A stretch of 64,000 nt of DNA, taken from positions 11,422-75,421 of the forward strand of contig DASXMJ010000023.1 of NCBI GenBank assembly GCA_036495685.1. The letters are read 5' to 3'. Source of the DNA: Candidatus Binataceae bacterium. GTDB lineage: Bacteria; Desulfobacterota; Binatia; Binatales; Binataceae. The position numbers and the translations under genes are program-made. The notes beneath the pieces were generated by a model. That model saw nothing but the letters and a program-made list of their open reading frames with translations, was not told the DNA's origin and did not search any database. Shown piece by piece: positions 38,659-47,888 of this stretch (positions within the stretch are counted from its first letter, which is position 1; every line of letters starts with the position of its first letter).

Positions 38659-39213
38659 TCAGGATTGCCCCCCAACCTGCGCGAGGACGAAATCAACTCT
38701 TTCGCAGACCGGCAATCTCGGAATTTCGATCAGCTCATACCCGCACCTTAGGTAGACCTCCAGTGCCAATGGGTACTGCGCCAGCGCATCTTCAAAGCTG
38801 TGCCGTCGTTCCTCGTCCTGCTTGAAGATTTCTGGCCACGGGGGCGTGACGAACACCTTCCTCGCGTAGCGGTAGATTCGTGCGGCCGCACGATGATGCT
38901 CCAGAGTGCGGACATTCAGCAATCGCGACCATCCGATTGCTTCTGGAATGCCACGATCAAAAAATACCGGATTGGTTCGCTCCACCACCTCTTCGAAGAC
39001 GTCCATGTCCCGCGCCAGCAGAAGCTCTCTGAATTTGACCTGATCCTGCCACGGGGTCGCATCGCCTCCGATACGAAGCTGTTGCCGGACGATCCGGCGT
39101 CCCACCTCGTCGATGCATAGAAATCCACGCCTGCGCAAGGCATCGATGAGGGTGGACTTTCCACCGCCCGAGCATCCGGTGATCACGTAGAAGTTACTTC
39201 GTTCCAGAGTCAT
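38659..39213 (-). CDS. P-loop AAA_28-type ATPase/kinase-like protein
   Basis: Walker A ITGCSGGGKSTL; size and fold are typical of the AAA_28/NadR-C-terminal-like family. Confidence 0.6.
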   Translation of the reverse strand: MTLERSNFYVITGCSGGGKSTLIDALRRRGFLCIDEVGRRIVRQQLRIGGDATPWQDQVKFRELLLARDMDVFEEVVERTNPVFFDRGIPEAIGWSRLLNVRTLEHHRAAARIYRYARKVFVTPPWPEIFKQDEERRHSFEDALAQYPLALEVYLRCGYELIEIPRLPVCERVDFVLAQVGGQS

Positions 39214-39365
39214 AAAATTTTCCCAGTCGACGCTCCTCCCAAGCCCGGGAGAAGCCGCTGCCGTTGGTCGCGTGCAAGAGGCGAGACCAGTTTCACGCGC
39301 CAGAAAAGGCGCGCGACCACAGACTCGCCAGGCTCACGAGCGAACCGCAGAAGGAAAACGTACGC

Positions 39366-39605
39366 TCAGACGCGGCGCACCAGGTGGGTAATCCAGACCA
39401 GGATGACGGCACCAATCGTCGCTACCACCAGGGAACCGATCATCCCCTCGGGCCCTGCCACTCTCAGTTGCGCGAAGATCCATCCCCCGATGATTCCGCC
39501 GATGAGGCCGAGGATCAGGTCCCCAATCAACCCGTAGCCGGCGCCCTGCATCAGCTTCCCCGCAAGCCAGCCGGCAAGAATTCCGATTATGATTGTCCCG
39601 ATCAT
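39366..39605 (-). CDS. GlsB/YeaQ/YmgE family stress-response membrane protein
   Basis: 79 aa, Gly-rich TM helices (IIGILAGWLAGKLM...GLIGGIIGGWIFAQL). Confidence 0.8.
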   Translation of the reverse strand: MIGTIIIGILAGWLAGKLMQGAGYGLIGDLILGLIGGIIGGWIFAQLRVAGPEGMIGSLVVATIGAVILVWITHLVRRV

Positions 39606-39626
39606 GAGGTTTCCCGCGTCTGCGCG

Positions 39627-40286
39627 CTAGCAACCGGGCGCATGATGCACGCCCGTGCGCTGGAACGCCAGCGTCTGTAATTCCTCGGCCAGGGTCAGCG
39701 TGCGTGCGTGGGCCGCACGCGCCATCTGCTGGGACTCCTCGTCGACGGCCAGACGTGCCAGAAAGTGCCGACCCAGCTGATGATGATGTTGCTCGTCGGG
39801 CTGGATCACGCCGCGATACAGCAAGGAGGTTGCGATGTCTCCCGCCCGCTCGCAGAGCTCGATGAACTGCACGTTCTTGACCAGCGCGATAGCTTCGCGC
39901 GTGAACTGCCCTGCGGCAACGCGCTCCACGTCGTTCTCCAAGGTGCTCAGAAACTTGAACAGGGGGCTGTATCCCTGGGCGAGAGGGTCGAATCCCTCGA
40001 GGTCGTCGCCCAGACTGTGGAGTCGCTCGACGATTAGTCGGTAGTGGCGGGCCTCGTCGCCGGCCTGCCGAGCGAGCGCGAGCTTCAGCTCCGCGCCGCG
40101 CGCTGAGGGCATCCACAATGCGGCAATCTCACTCGCTTCGAGTTCGTTTTTCAGCGCAACTCGCAGCAGATTGCGCGGACTCAAGTCACCGCGCGCTTCC
40201 ACCCCGAGCGCCTGAGCGGGAGCCAGTCGTTTCAAGATTGATTCGTTTTCGGACGCGAGTTCCGCGATAAAAGCTACAGCGTCCAT
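39627..40286 (-). CDS. Ferritin-like diiron-carboxylate family protein
   Basis: Two E...ExxH sets (ELEASE...GDEARHYRL and EAIALV...PDEQHHHQL) on a four-helix-bundle-sized protein. Confidence 0.55.
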   Translation of the reverse strand: MDAVAFIAELASENESILKRLAPAQALGVEARGDLSPRNLLRVALKNELEASEIAALWMPSARGAELKLALARQAGDEARHYRLIVERLHSLGDDLEGFDPLAQGYSPLFKFLSTLENDVERVAAGQFTREAIALVKNVQFIELCERAGDIATSLLYRGVIQPDEQHHHQLGRHFLARLAVDEESQQMARAAHARTLTLAEELQTLAFQRTGVHHAPGC

Positions 40287-40312
40287 GGTTTGCAGACCCT
40301 ACACTCGCGCGC

Positions 40313-40432
40313 CTACTTCTTCTGTTCCATCGGTACGCCGCAGCACTTGAGCGCGCCGGTCCCACCCTTGGTGACAATTACCTGCGATCCGCATTTGCCG
40401 CAGATATAAACCTTACCCAGCTGATTGGCCAT
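40313..40432 (-). CDS. Desulforedoxin-like mini-protein (39 aa, C-x2-C-G...C-C-G Fe(Cys)4 motif)
   Basis: Not in ORF track (below the 60-aa cutoff). Translation: MANQLGKVYICGKCGSQVIVTKGGTGALKCCGVPMEQKK. RBS GGGAGAT 5 nt upstream. It lies 26 nt upstream of the ferritin-like gene. Confidence 0.6.
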   Translation of the reverse strand: MANQLGKVYICGKCGSQVIVTKGGTGALKCCGVPMEQKK

Positions 40433-40465
40433 CTCCCAGTCCGTTCCTCTTGTGAAATTGATTGC

Positions 40466-41221
40466 TCACGCGCCGCGGAACAGCGGCTTGCGCTTCTCCA
40501 GAAACGCACGCACTCCCTCGGCGCGATCGGCAGTCGTTTGTAGCAAGGCGTAGAGATCTTCCTCAAGCCTGACGCCCTGCTCCAATGTCATATCATACCC
40601 TTTTATCACCGCATCTTTGACCAGTCGCGCGGCCAGCGGCGCGCGGCTCAAGATCGCCTCGACAACCGCACCCCCGGTGCGAGCCAGATCGCGCTCATTT
40701 TTCGCAAGATAGGCTACCAGTCCGATTCGATGCGCCTCGGTTCCATCGATAGCCGCGCCGGTGAGGATCATGCGCAGTGCGTGCGCCGGTCCCACCAGCC
40801 TGGGAAGCCGCTGGGTTCCGCCGAACCGCGGCAAACCGCCCCGCCCTGCCTGGGTGAGTGCGAATCGCGCGGATGCCAGCGCGACGCGGATGTCGGCGGC
40901 CATCGCCAATTCCAGCCCTTCGTCGGTGGCGTCTCCATTGACGATCGCGACGGTGGGCTTCGAGATCGCTGCGAGCGACTCGACCAGTGCAGGGTTCACC
41001 TCCGGGGCGAATCCGCTGCAGAAAGCTTTGCCGGTGCCGGTGATCGCGAGCATCCGCGCGGAATCATCATCTTCGACTTCTTCGAAGAGTTCGATGAGCC
41101 GCGCCGCCGCTTCCGCGCCGAGTTTCGCGCTCCGCGCCAAACCGACCAGCCGCGCGGTAACACATCCTCCTGCGGCGCTGATCTCGATGGGCCGCCGAGC
41201 CTCCGGGTGATGTCCCTGCAA
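40466..41221 (-). CDS. Enoyl-CoA hydratase/isomerase (crotonase) family protein
   Basis: AITGTGKAFCSGFA...GLELAMAADIRV...GTQRLPRLVG is the crotonase fold. Confidence 0.8.
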   Translation of the reverse strand: MQGHHPEARRPIEISAAGGCVTARLVGLARSAKLGAEAAARLIELFEEVEDDDSARMLAITGTGKAFCSGFAPEVNPALVESLAAISKPTVAIVNGDATDEGLELAMAADIRVALASARFALTQAGRGGLPRFGGTQRLPRLVGPAHALRMILTGAAIDGTEAHRIGLVAYLAKNERDLARTGGAVVEAILSRAPLAARLVKDAVIKGYDMTLEQGVRLEEDLYALLQTTADRAEGVRAFLEKRKPLFRGA

Positions 41222-41265
41222 GGCATGCGCGGTTTTTGAGCGAGCGCGCGGCGTGCCGGTCTCTC

Positions 41266-42801
41266 CTATTCCGCCCTCAGGTCCTTGCGCAGAATTTTAC
41301 CCAGCTGGTTCTTGGGTAGCGCGTCGAGAAACGCTATCTTCTCGGGCCGCTTGAAGCTGGCCAGTCGCGACCTGCAGAACTCGGTCAATTCCGGTTCGCT
41401 GGCACTGGCGCCTTTGCGCAACACCACAAATGCTTTCACGGTCTGGCCCCACTCCTCCGACGGAACTCCCACAACCGCGACCTCATCGACTGCAGGATGG
41501 CTCATCAGGACGGTTTCGATTTCTGCCGGAGCGATGTTCTCGCCGCCGCGAATGATCATGTCGTCCTTGCGCCCGGCGAAGAACACATACCCATCTTCGT
41601 CCAGCCATCCCAGGTCTCCGGTCGCACGCCAACCGTCAGGCAGCGCGGCGTCATCGGCCCGGCCCGCGTATCCCTTCATGATCCGCGGTGTGCGAATGAT
41701 TATTTCACCGACCTGTCCGGCGGGAAGCACCTTGCCCTCCTCGTCGCGGACCCTCACTTCGACGTCGGGTAAGGGTTTGCCGATCGAGTTGAGGCGCTTG
41801 AGCTTGAGCTCGACCTCCGCGGGGGAACCCTCGAGACGATGGTCATCCGGACCCAGCACCGTAAGTGACGACGTGGTCTCGGTCTGCCCGTATGCGTTTA
41901 CGAATCCCACCGTCTTCGGAAATGCATCGATCGCGCGCCGGATAACCTGGATCGGCATCGCAGCGCCGCCGTAAGCCAGGTTTGTCAGGGTAGATAAATC
42001 GGTCTTCGAGAAGGACGGCTCATCGAGCAGCTGTTTCATCATGGTGGGGACCACGAAAGCGTGCGTCACCTTCTCGGCCGCAACCAGCTCGAGCCAGGTT
42101 TTGGCATCGAATTGCTGCATCACGATCATTTTGCGACCCGTCCAAATATTGGTCATGTACGCGGTGGTTCCGGCGATGTGGTAAAACGGCACGCACACCA
42201 GTGCGATCCCCCGGTCGCTCCCATCGGCCATCTCCACGTTCGCGGTGACATAGGCAGTGAAGTCGCGGAACGAAAGCATGACGCCCTTGGGCAGCGAGGT
42301 GGTGCCGCTGGTGTACATCAAGATGGAGGTATCTTCGTCTTCCACCTCGGCCTCGGTCTCGTCGGGCTCCGCTTTCGCTGTCAAATCGCCCAGCCGCGGG
42401 ATTCCGCCCCTGCCCTCGCCGATCGCGAGCAAGGAGTGCACCTTCAAGCGAGGGCGCATCCGCTCGATCAAATCGAAATAGCGATCGCCGACCAGCAGCA
42501 CACGTGTTTCGGCGGCGTTGATCATGTACTCGAGCTCATTTTCCTTGGCGCGGTAGTTGAGCGGAAGGAATGTCAGTCCCGCCTTCGCCGCCGCATAGTA
42601 GCTGGCGACGTAACAATCGGAGTTGGTATCAAGCGTGGCGACCACATCGTGGCTCTTCAGTCCGGCCTGCTTGAAAACGGCTGCCAGACGCGCGACCTGA
42701 TCGGCGAGCTGCGCATAGTTCAGCCGTTGCCTCCCAAAAACCAGAATCTCCTGATCCGGCACAATGCTGGACGGGATGGTTACGAAATTGACAGTGTTCA
42801 A
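41266..42801 (-). CDS. AMP-forming acyl-CoA synthetase (fatty-acid--CoA ligase)
   Basis: AMP-binding motifs MYTSGTTSLPKGV, YGQTE, GWRATGDLG...GRKDDMIIRGGENI. Confidence 0.88.
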   Translation of the reverse strand: MNTVNFVTIPSSIVPDQEILVFGRQRLNYAQLADQVARLAAVFKQAGLKSHDVVATLDTNSDCYVASYYAAAKAGLTFLPLNYRAKENELEYMINAAETRVLLVGDRYFDLIERMRPRLKVHSLLAIGEGRGGIPRLGDLTAKAEPDETEAEVEDEDTSILMYTSGTTSLPKGVMLSFRDFTAYVTANVEMADGSDRGIALVCVPFYHIAGTTAYMTNIWTGRKMIVMQQFDAKTWLELVAAEKVTHAFVVPTMMKQLLDEPSFSKTDLSTLTNLAYGGAAMPIQVIRRAIDAFPKTVGFVNAYGQTETTSSLTVLGPDDHRLEGSPAEVELKLKRLNSIGKPLPDVEVRVRDEEGKVLPAGQVGEIIIRTPRIMKGYAGRADDAALPDGWRATGDLGWLDEDGYVFFAGRKDDMIIRGGENIAPAEIETVLMSHPAVDEVAVVGVPSEEWGQTVKAFVVLRKGASASEPELTEFCRSRLASFKRPEKIAFLDALPKNQLGKILRKDLRAE

Positions 42802-42810
42802 GGAGCCTGT

Positions 42811-43617
42811 TTACCTCCTGGGTGCCCCGGGCCTTCTTGGGTGCCGGAGCCCGCGCGTCCCGCGGTCGTGACGATGCTCATGCCCGCTCAGCATCAAGAG
42901 GCGATAGGCGAGACGCCGTTCCAAGGAAAGCCCTTCTCCGAGTGGCAACTCGAGCCCGCCCCACACCGCAAGCTTGATCAGCGCGGTATTTTCGCGGGGC
43001 AGTTGGGCGAACCAATGAGCCAGTTCCAGCGCGCGGCTCTCGAGCTTCGCCACCGAGACGACTTCGGCGACCAAACCTATAAGCAATGCGTCTTGCGCGT
43101 CAATCCAGCGGCCCGAAACCGCCAGGTCCAGCGCGCGGCCGAGCCCAAGGCGGCGTGAGGCCGTCTGGGTGCCGGCGACACCGGGGATCATTCCGACCCC
43201 GGTCTCGGGCAGGCAAATCCGGGTATCTTCCGCGGCGATCGCGATGTCACACAGCAGCGCCATCTCAAGTCCGCCGCCCACGGTGAACCCGTGAACCGCC
43301 GCTATGGTTGCGACCGGTAGCGCTTTCAGTCGACCCCACACGTCGCGGCGGAAGCGAACCCAGCGCGCGACCACCGGCGACGGCGCCGTGCCGAACTCGT
43401 GCAAATCACCCCCGGTCGAGAATGCCGGGCCGGCGCCGGTCAGTACCATCGCGCGGACTTCGACGTCATCATGTACCGCGCTCAAAGCACCGAACAGAGC
43501 ATCGCGCATGGCGACGTTGTAGGCGTTCAGCTGGTCGGGCCGATTCAGCGTCACCCACGCGACGGCGCCGCGTTTTTCGTAGAGGACCGCGTCAGGCCGG
43601 TCCACGCTCTCGCTCAT
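42811..43617 (-). CDS. Enoyl-CoA hydratase/isomerase family protein
   Basis: Crotonase fold (VAWVTLNRPDQLNAY...AMVLTGAGPAFSTGGDL). Start set at MSESVD (ATGA overlap with the upstream ACAD stop); the Arg-rich extension is rejected. Confidence 0.8.
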   Translation of the reverse strand: MSESVDRPDAVLYEKRGAVAWVTLNRPDQLNAYNVAMRDALFGALSAVHDDVEVRAMVLTGAGPAFSTGGDLHEFGTAPSPVVARWVRFRRDVWGRLKALPVATIAAVHGFTVGGGLEMALLCDIAIAAEDTRICLPETGVGMIPGVAGTQTASRRLGLGRALDLAVSGRWIDAQDALLIGLVAEVVSVAKLESRALELAHWFAQLPRENTALIKLAVWGGLELPLGEGLSLERRLAYRLLMLSGHEHRHDRGTRGLRHPRRPGAPRR

Positions 43618-44723
43618 AGTTCCAGAATGTTCGCCAGCTGCAGGCGATGCTCGCTCGGATCGCCGAACAGTATCGAGCTTGCGCGCGCACGTTTGAAATA
43701 CAGATGCGCGGGATGCTCCCAGGTAAAGCCCATGCCTCCGTGAATCTGGATATTCTCGGCCGCGGCGTGAAAGTACGATTCTGAACAATACGACTTGGCC
43801 AGGTGCGCAGCTTCAAACCCATCTTCGCCGTCGGCTATAGCGAACGCGGCGTGATAGGCGGCGGAACGTGCGAACTCCGTTTCCACCAACATATCGGCGC
43901 ATTTGTGCTTGATCGCCTGAAACGAGCCGATCGGCCGGCCGAACTGCAGACGGGTCTTCGCGTACTCGGTCGACATTTCAAGGCAGCGCTGCGCGCCGCC
44001 TACTTGCTCGGCTGCCAGCATCGTCACGCCAAGCGCCATCACCTGTTTGAGCGCTCCGGTGGCCTCGCCCGCCGAAATGCGCGTTGCGGGGGTGCTCGAG
44101 AAATTCAGTCGCGCCATCTTGCGGGTCAAATCGAGCGTCGGCAGCGCGTGCCGCTCCAACCCCGACGCGTTCGCTTCGACCTGAAACAATGCCAAGCCGT
44201 CGTCGGCCTTGGCCGCGACGATCAACGCATCCGCGAGGTGCCCGTCTAGAACGTAGTCCTTCACTCCGCTCAGCTTCCACTCGGACCCCACGCGGGTGGC
44301 ACGCATCGCGACGGAGGCGAGATCCCATTTCCCGGCCGCTTCGGTCACCGCGACGGTCGCGATCGACTTGCCCGATGCGATGGCGGGCAGGAGTTTCCTT
44401 TGCGCCGCTTCATCGGCACCGTGTAGTAGAGCGCCCGTTGCCAGGACCGCACTTGCCAGATAGGGTCCGCAGAACAACACCCGTCCCATCTCCTCCATCG
44501 CGATCGCCAGCTCGACCGGGCCCAGGCCCGCACCGCCATGGCGCTCCGGCACCATCAGGCCAAGCAGCGACAATTCCGATGCCATGCGTTCCCAGGTCCT
44601 GCGATCGTAGCCCGGCTCGGTCTCCATCAGGGTGCGGACCGTTGCCTCAGACGATTCGTTCTCCATGAATCGGCGCACCGTCTGCCGAAGTTCCTCGTGC
44701 TCGTGCGTGAAAGCGAAATCCAT
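43614..44723 (-). CDS. Acyl-CoA dehydrogenase family protein (possible non-catalytic/partner subunit)
   Basis: ACAD N, middle and C domains. The usual C-terminal catalytic-base motif Y-E-G is replaced by ...ILFGDPSEH, so Glu at the canonical position looks absent (alignment by eye). Confidence 0.75.
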   Translation of the reverse strand: MDFAFTHEHEELRQTVRRFMENESSEATVRTLMETEPGYDRRTWERMASELSLLGLMVPERHGGAGLGPVELAIAMEEMGRVLFCGPYLASAVLATGALLHGADEAAQRKLLPAIASGKSIATVAVTEAAGKWDLASVAMRATRVGSEWKLSGVKDYVLDGHLADALIVAAKADDGLALFQVEANASGLERHALPTLDLTRKMARLNFSSTPATRISAGEATGALKQVMALGVTMLAAEQVGGAQRCLEMSTEYAKTRLQFGRPIGSFQAIKHKCADMLVETEFARSAAYHAAFAIADGEDGFEAAHLAKSYCSESYFHAAAENIQIHGGMGFTWEHPAHLYFKRARASSILFGDPSEHRLQLANILEL

Positions 44724-44765
44724 TGTGGTCCTCTTGAGGTCCGTGACGACGATCGACGTTGAGGC

Positions 44766-45995
44766 TCAGGCGCTGCGCGGAATCTGTTTCCACGGAACGT
44801 CCTTGTCGGAGCGCGGTTCGCCGGGCAAACCCAGCACGCGCTCGCCAAGGATGTTGCGCATGACTTCGGAGGTCCCGCCTTCAATCGAGTTGGCGCGCGC
44901 CCGCAGGAACTGGTACTTGGTCAGCGAGTTACGCCCTTCGCGCGCGCGCGAGGTGGGCCGGCGCCGTTTATAGCCGGGCTCGTATATCAGCGAGTCGGCT
45001 CCCATCACGTCCATCGCGCATTCCCAGATGCGCTTGTTGAGCTCAGCCTGGGCAAGTTTGACGACCGAGCCCTCCGGCCCTGGGTTGCCCGCTTTGCGCG
45101 CGGCCTTCCCGCGCTGGGTGGTCATCCGTAACAGTTCGGCTTCGATGTACAGCTTGGTAATTCGATCGCGCAGTAAAATTTCCGCGTCCGGCGAGAACTG
45201 TCCCTGTTCGCGTGACTTCCACAAATTTATCAATACGCCGATCGAGCCGGCGCCGCGGCGGGTCGGGCCGCCGCCGCCAATCGCGGTTCGTTCGTTCATC
45301 AGGGTGGTGATAGCTACCTTCCATCCTTCGCCTTCACGGCCCATCAGCCGATCCGCCGGAATCTTCACGTCGGTGAGAAACACTTCGTTGAACTCGGCTT
45401 CTCCGGTTATTTGATGGAGCGGCCGCACCTCGACGCCGGGACTTTGCATATCGAGCAGGAAGTACGACATCCCCGCGTGCTTGGGAGCATCGGGATTGGT
45501 GCGCGCCAGCAACATGCCCCATTTCGAGACGTGGGCGAGGCTGGTCCAAACCTTCTGGCCATTCACCGTCCAGTAGTCACCCTCGCGGGTCGCGCGAGTC
45601 GCCAGCCCCGCGACGTCGGAACCCGAGCCGGGCTCGCTGAAAAGCTGGCACCAGATGTCTTCGCCGGTGAAGATGCGGCGCAGGAGTGTTTTCCTCATCC
45701 AATCGGTACCGTGGGTGAGCACAGTCGGCGCGCCCATCCCAATGCCGATCGCGTTGATCATCATGTCATCGTAGTGGGTCTTGGCGTGCTTGCTGAGCTC
45801 GTCAGCAATGACGGCCTGCATGCCCGGGCTGACTCCCAAACCTCCGAATCCCTCGGGAAAATGGACCCACGCCAGACCGTAATCGTACAGCTTGCCGCGG
45901 AAGGTAAATTGGTCGACCTTGTCGGGATGCGCCTCTTCCAGAAGCGCGCGTACCCGCTTGCGCAAATCCTCTTCGCTGATCTCACGCTGGGCCAT
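44766..45995 (-). CDS. Acyl-CoA dehydrogenase
   Basis: Full ACAD with ...ANSIEGGTSEVMRNILG, i.e. catalytic Glu present in the IEGGTSE context. Strong RBS AAGGAG 7 nt upstream. Confidence 0.85.
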   Translation of the reverse strand: MAQREISEEDLRKRVRALLEEAHPDKVDQFTFRGKLYDYGLAWVHFPEGFGGLGVSPGMQAVIADELSKHAKTHYDDMMINAIGIGMGAPTVLTHGTDWMRKTLLRRIFTGEDIWCQLFSEPGSGSDVAGLATRATREGDYWTVNGQKVWTSLAHVSKWGMLLARTNPDAPKHAGMSYFLLDMQSPGVEVRPLHQITGEAEFNEVFLTDVKIPADRLMGREGEGWKVAITTLMNERTAIGGGGPTRRGAGSIGVLINLWKSREQGQFSPDAEILLRDRITKLYIEAELLRMTTQRGKAARKAGNPGPEGSVVKLAQAELNKRIWECAMDVMGADSLIYEPGYKRRRPTSRAREGRNSLTKYQFLRARANSIEGGTSEVMRNILGERVLGLPGEPRSDKDVPWKQIPRSA

Positions 45996-46271
45996 CGATG
46001 TCCCACTCCTTACGAGCAGATCCCATTTTCATATCACAGTTGCACCCTGGCAGTAGACACTCGGAAGACCCGGGCACCCCTTTCCGCAGCAGCCGTATTG
46101 GTCGTGGCGCGAGCATCAAAGGCTGCTTTGAGTGGCGCAGTCGCGCGCGGTTTTTACTGGTTCCAGACCGCCGTGGTCCAGTGAACCTCAAGCGTGCTGC
46201 TTGCGATCTCAGGCCTCCGAGAGCCGCACTGGGAGTGCAAGGACGATGGAATAAGGAACGCGGCGAACTTC

Positions 46272-47888
46272 TCAAACTGAATGCAGCTCGGCACTGTCGC
46301 TGTAAGCAACTGCCGGCCGGCCGCGCTCGTACACCACGCGCCCGCCGATCAACGTCATATCCACCGGCAGGCTGAGGAGTTCGTCGGGGTTCAGGGTCGC
46401 GGGGCTTCGCGGCAGTACGATGAGGTCGGCCAGCTTGTCCGATGCGATTTCGCCGGCATCGATACGCGCAAGGCGCGCCGCATCGCGTGTGAACATCGCA
46501 AAGGCTTCACTCGATTCCAGACATTCCTCGGGTGCGAGTACCTGCCCGTCTACCGTCGACCGCGAAATGGCCGCCGCGATTGCCGCCAGCGGTCGCGCGG
46601 GTGTTACCGGTGCATCGGTTGCCCCGACCAGCTCAATTCCGGCCGCCAGCAGGCTGCGCGCCCGATAGAGATGCGGAACTAGACCGGGCTCTTCGAGGTA
46701 CTTGGGCCCGCGAAAATGCAGAAACCCCGGGTTGCTGACTACCCAGGCACCGCTAGCCGCGATTCTCGCGATCAGGTCCGGCGAGATCGTGCCGCCGTGT
46801 TCGATGCGGCAGAGGGGAAGCGGCTTGTCGCTCGCAAACTGCCGACGGGCGACTTCGATCGCATCGAGCGCCTGCTCGAGTTCCTCTATTTCGGTGGTGT
46901 GATAGGCGCAATCTAGGCCGTTTCCTAGTCCAATCCGGGTGCACCGCGCCATCCCACCCTCGTTGCCGCCGCGGGCGGGCATGAACTTGAGTGCAGCAAT
47001 CCGAATGCGTCCCGCCCGGGCGCGTTCCAGGGCCTGGGGCAATGCATCGAGGTACGGTGCTCCGAGCATCACGCCCACCCGCTGGCTTATCGCTCCGCAA
47101 CTGGTCAGTTTGGCGAACAGCGCGATCTCCGCTGGTCCATTGCGAACGGTTGCATCGGTGAATGCAGTCACTCCGGCAGCCGCCAGTTCACGGCTCATCA
47201 CCCCGGCGCGAGATTCAATTTCCGCGGGGGTGACGCGCGGCATTTGCGCGCCGAGCCATTCCTCCATCCCAACGAAGAGGCCAGTTAGGCGTCCGGTCGC
47301 ATCGCGATGCATTTGCGCGCCGTCCGGCGGCCGAAACTTGGGGTTTTCCAGGCCGAGCTGATTGATCGCACGCGTGTTCAGCCACGAACCATGAAGCGTC
47401 TGATGACGCAGCCGCAACGGATTTTTGGGTACCGATTGGTCAAGCTCGTCTCGGGTGGGACCACGCTTTTCGGCGAGCATCGTCTCATCGCAGCCAAAGG
47501 CCCTTAGCCAATTACCCGGGGGTGTCTTACCCGCGGCGGCGCGCAAATCAGCGAGCAAATCACCGAGGGTGCGGCAGCGCCAGACCGAGATGCCCGTTTT
47601 CACCGCGGCGGCCTCGAGAAAATGTATGTGCGAATCAATAAACCCGGGGGCAACCGTTCGCCCCGCAAGCTTCACCAGGTGGGTTCGCGGACCAACGCAC
47701 GCTTTGAGGCGGGCAAAGGGTCCATAGTCGACGATCCGTCCGGCAGCAATCGCGACCGAATCACTGCCGGGCCGGCCAACGACCTCCCCCTCGTGAAGAA
47801 CCAAATCGGCTTTGACCGCTTGATTGACCAACGTTGATTCGCCCGCCCGAAGCGGCGGCAAAATCTCGCCCCGCGCGGGGCTCGTCAT
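46272..47888 (-). CDS. Amidohydrolase family (Amidohydro_3/YtcJ-like metal-dependent hydrolase)
   Basis: GFIDSHIHFLEAA metal-binding HxH and overall size are typical of Amidohydro_3. Its start overlaps the upstream mini-ORF stop. Confidence 0.75.
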   Translation of the reverse strand: MTSPARGEILPPLRAGESTLVNQAVKADLVLHEGEVVGRPGSDSVAIAAGRIVDYGPFARLKACVGPRTHLVKLAGRTVAPGFIDSHIHFLEAAAVKTGISVWRCRTLGDLLADLRAAAGKTPPGNWLRAFGCDETMLAEKRGPTRDELDQSVPKNPLRLRHQTLHGSWLNTRAINQLGLENPKFRPPDGAQMHRDATGRLTGLFVGMEEWLGAQMPRVTPAEIESRAGVMSRELAAAGVTAFTDATVRNGPAEIALFAKLTSCGAISQRVGVMLGAPYLDALPQALERARAGRIRIAALKFMPARGGNEGGMARCTRIGLGNGLDCAYHTTEIEELEQALDAIEVARRQFASDKPLPLCRIEHGGTISPDLIARIAASGAWVVSNPGFLHFRGPKYLEEPGLVPHLYRARSLLAAGIELVGATDAPVTPARPLAAIAAAISRSTVDGQVLAPEECLESSEAFAMFTRDAARLARIDAGEIASDKLADLIVLPRSPATLNPDELLSLPVDMTLIGGRVVYERGRPAVAYSDSAELHSV

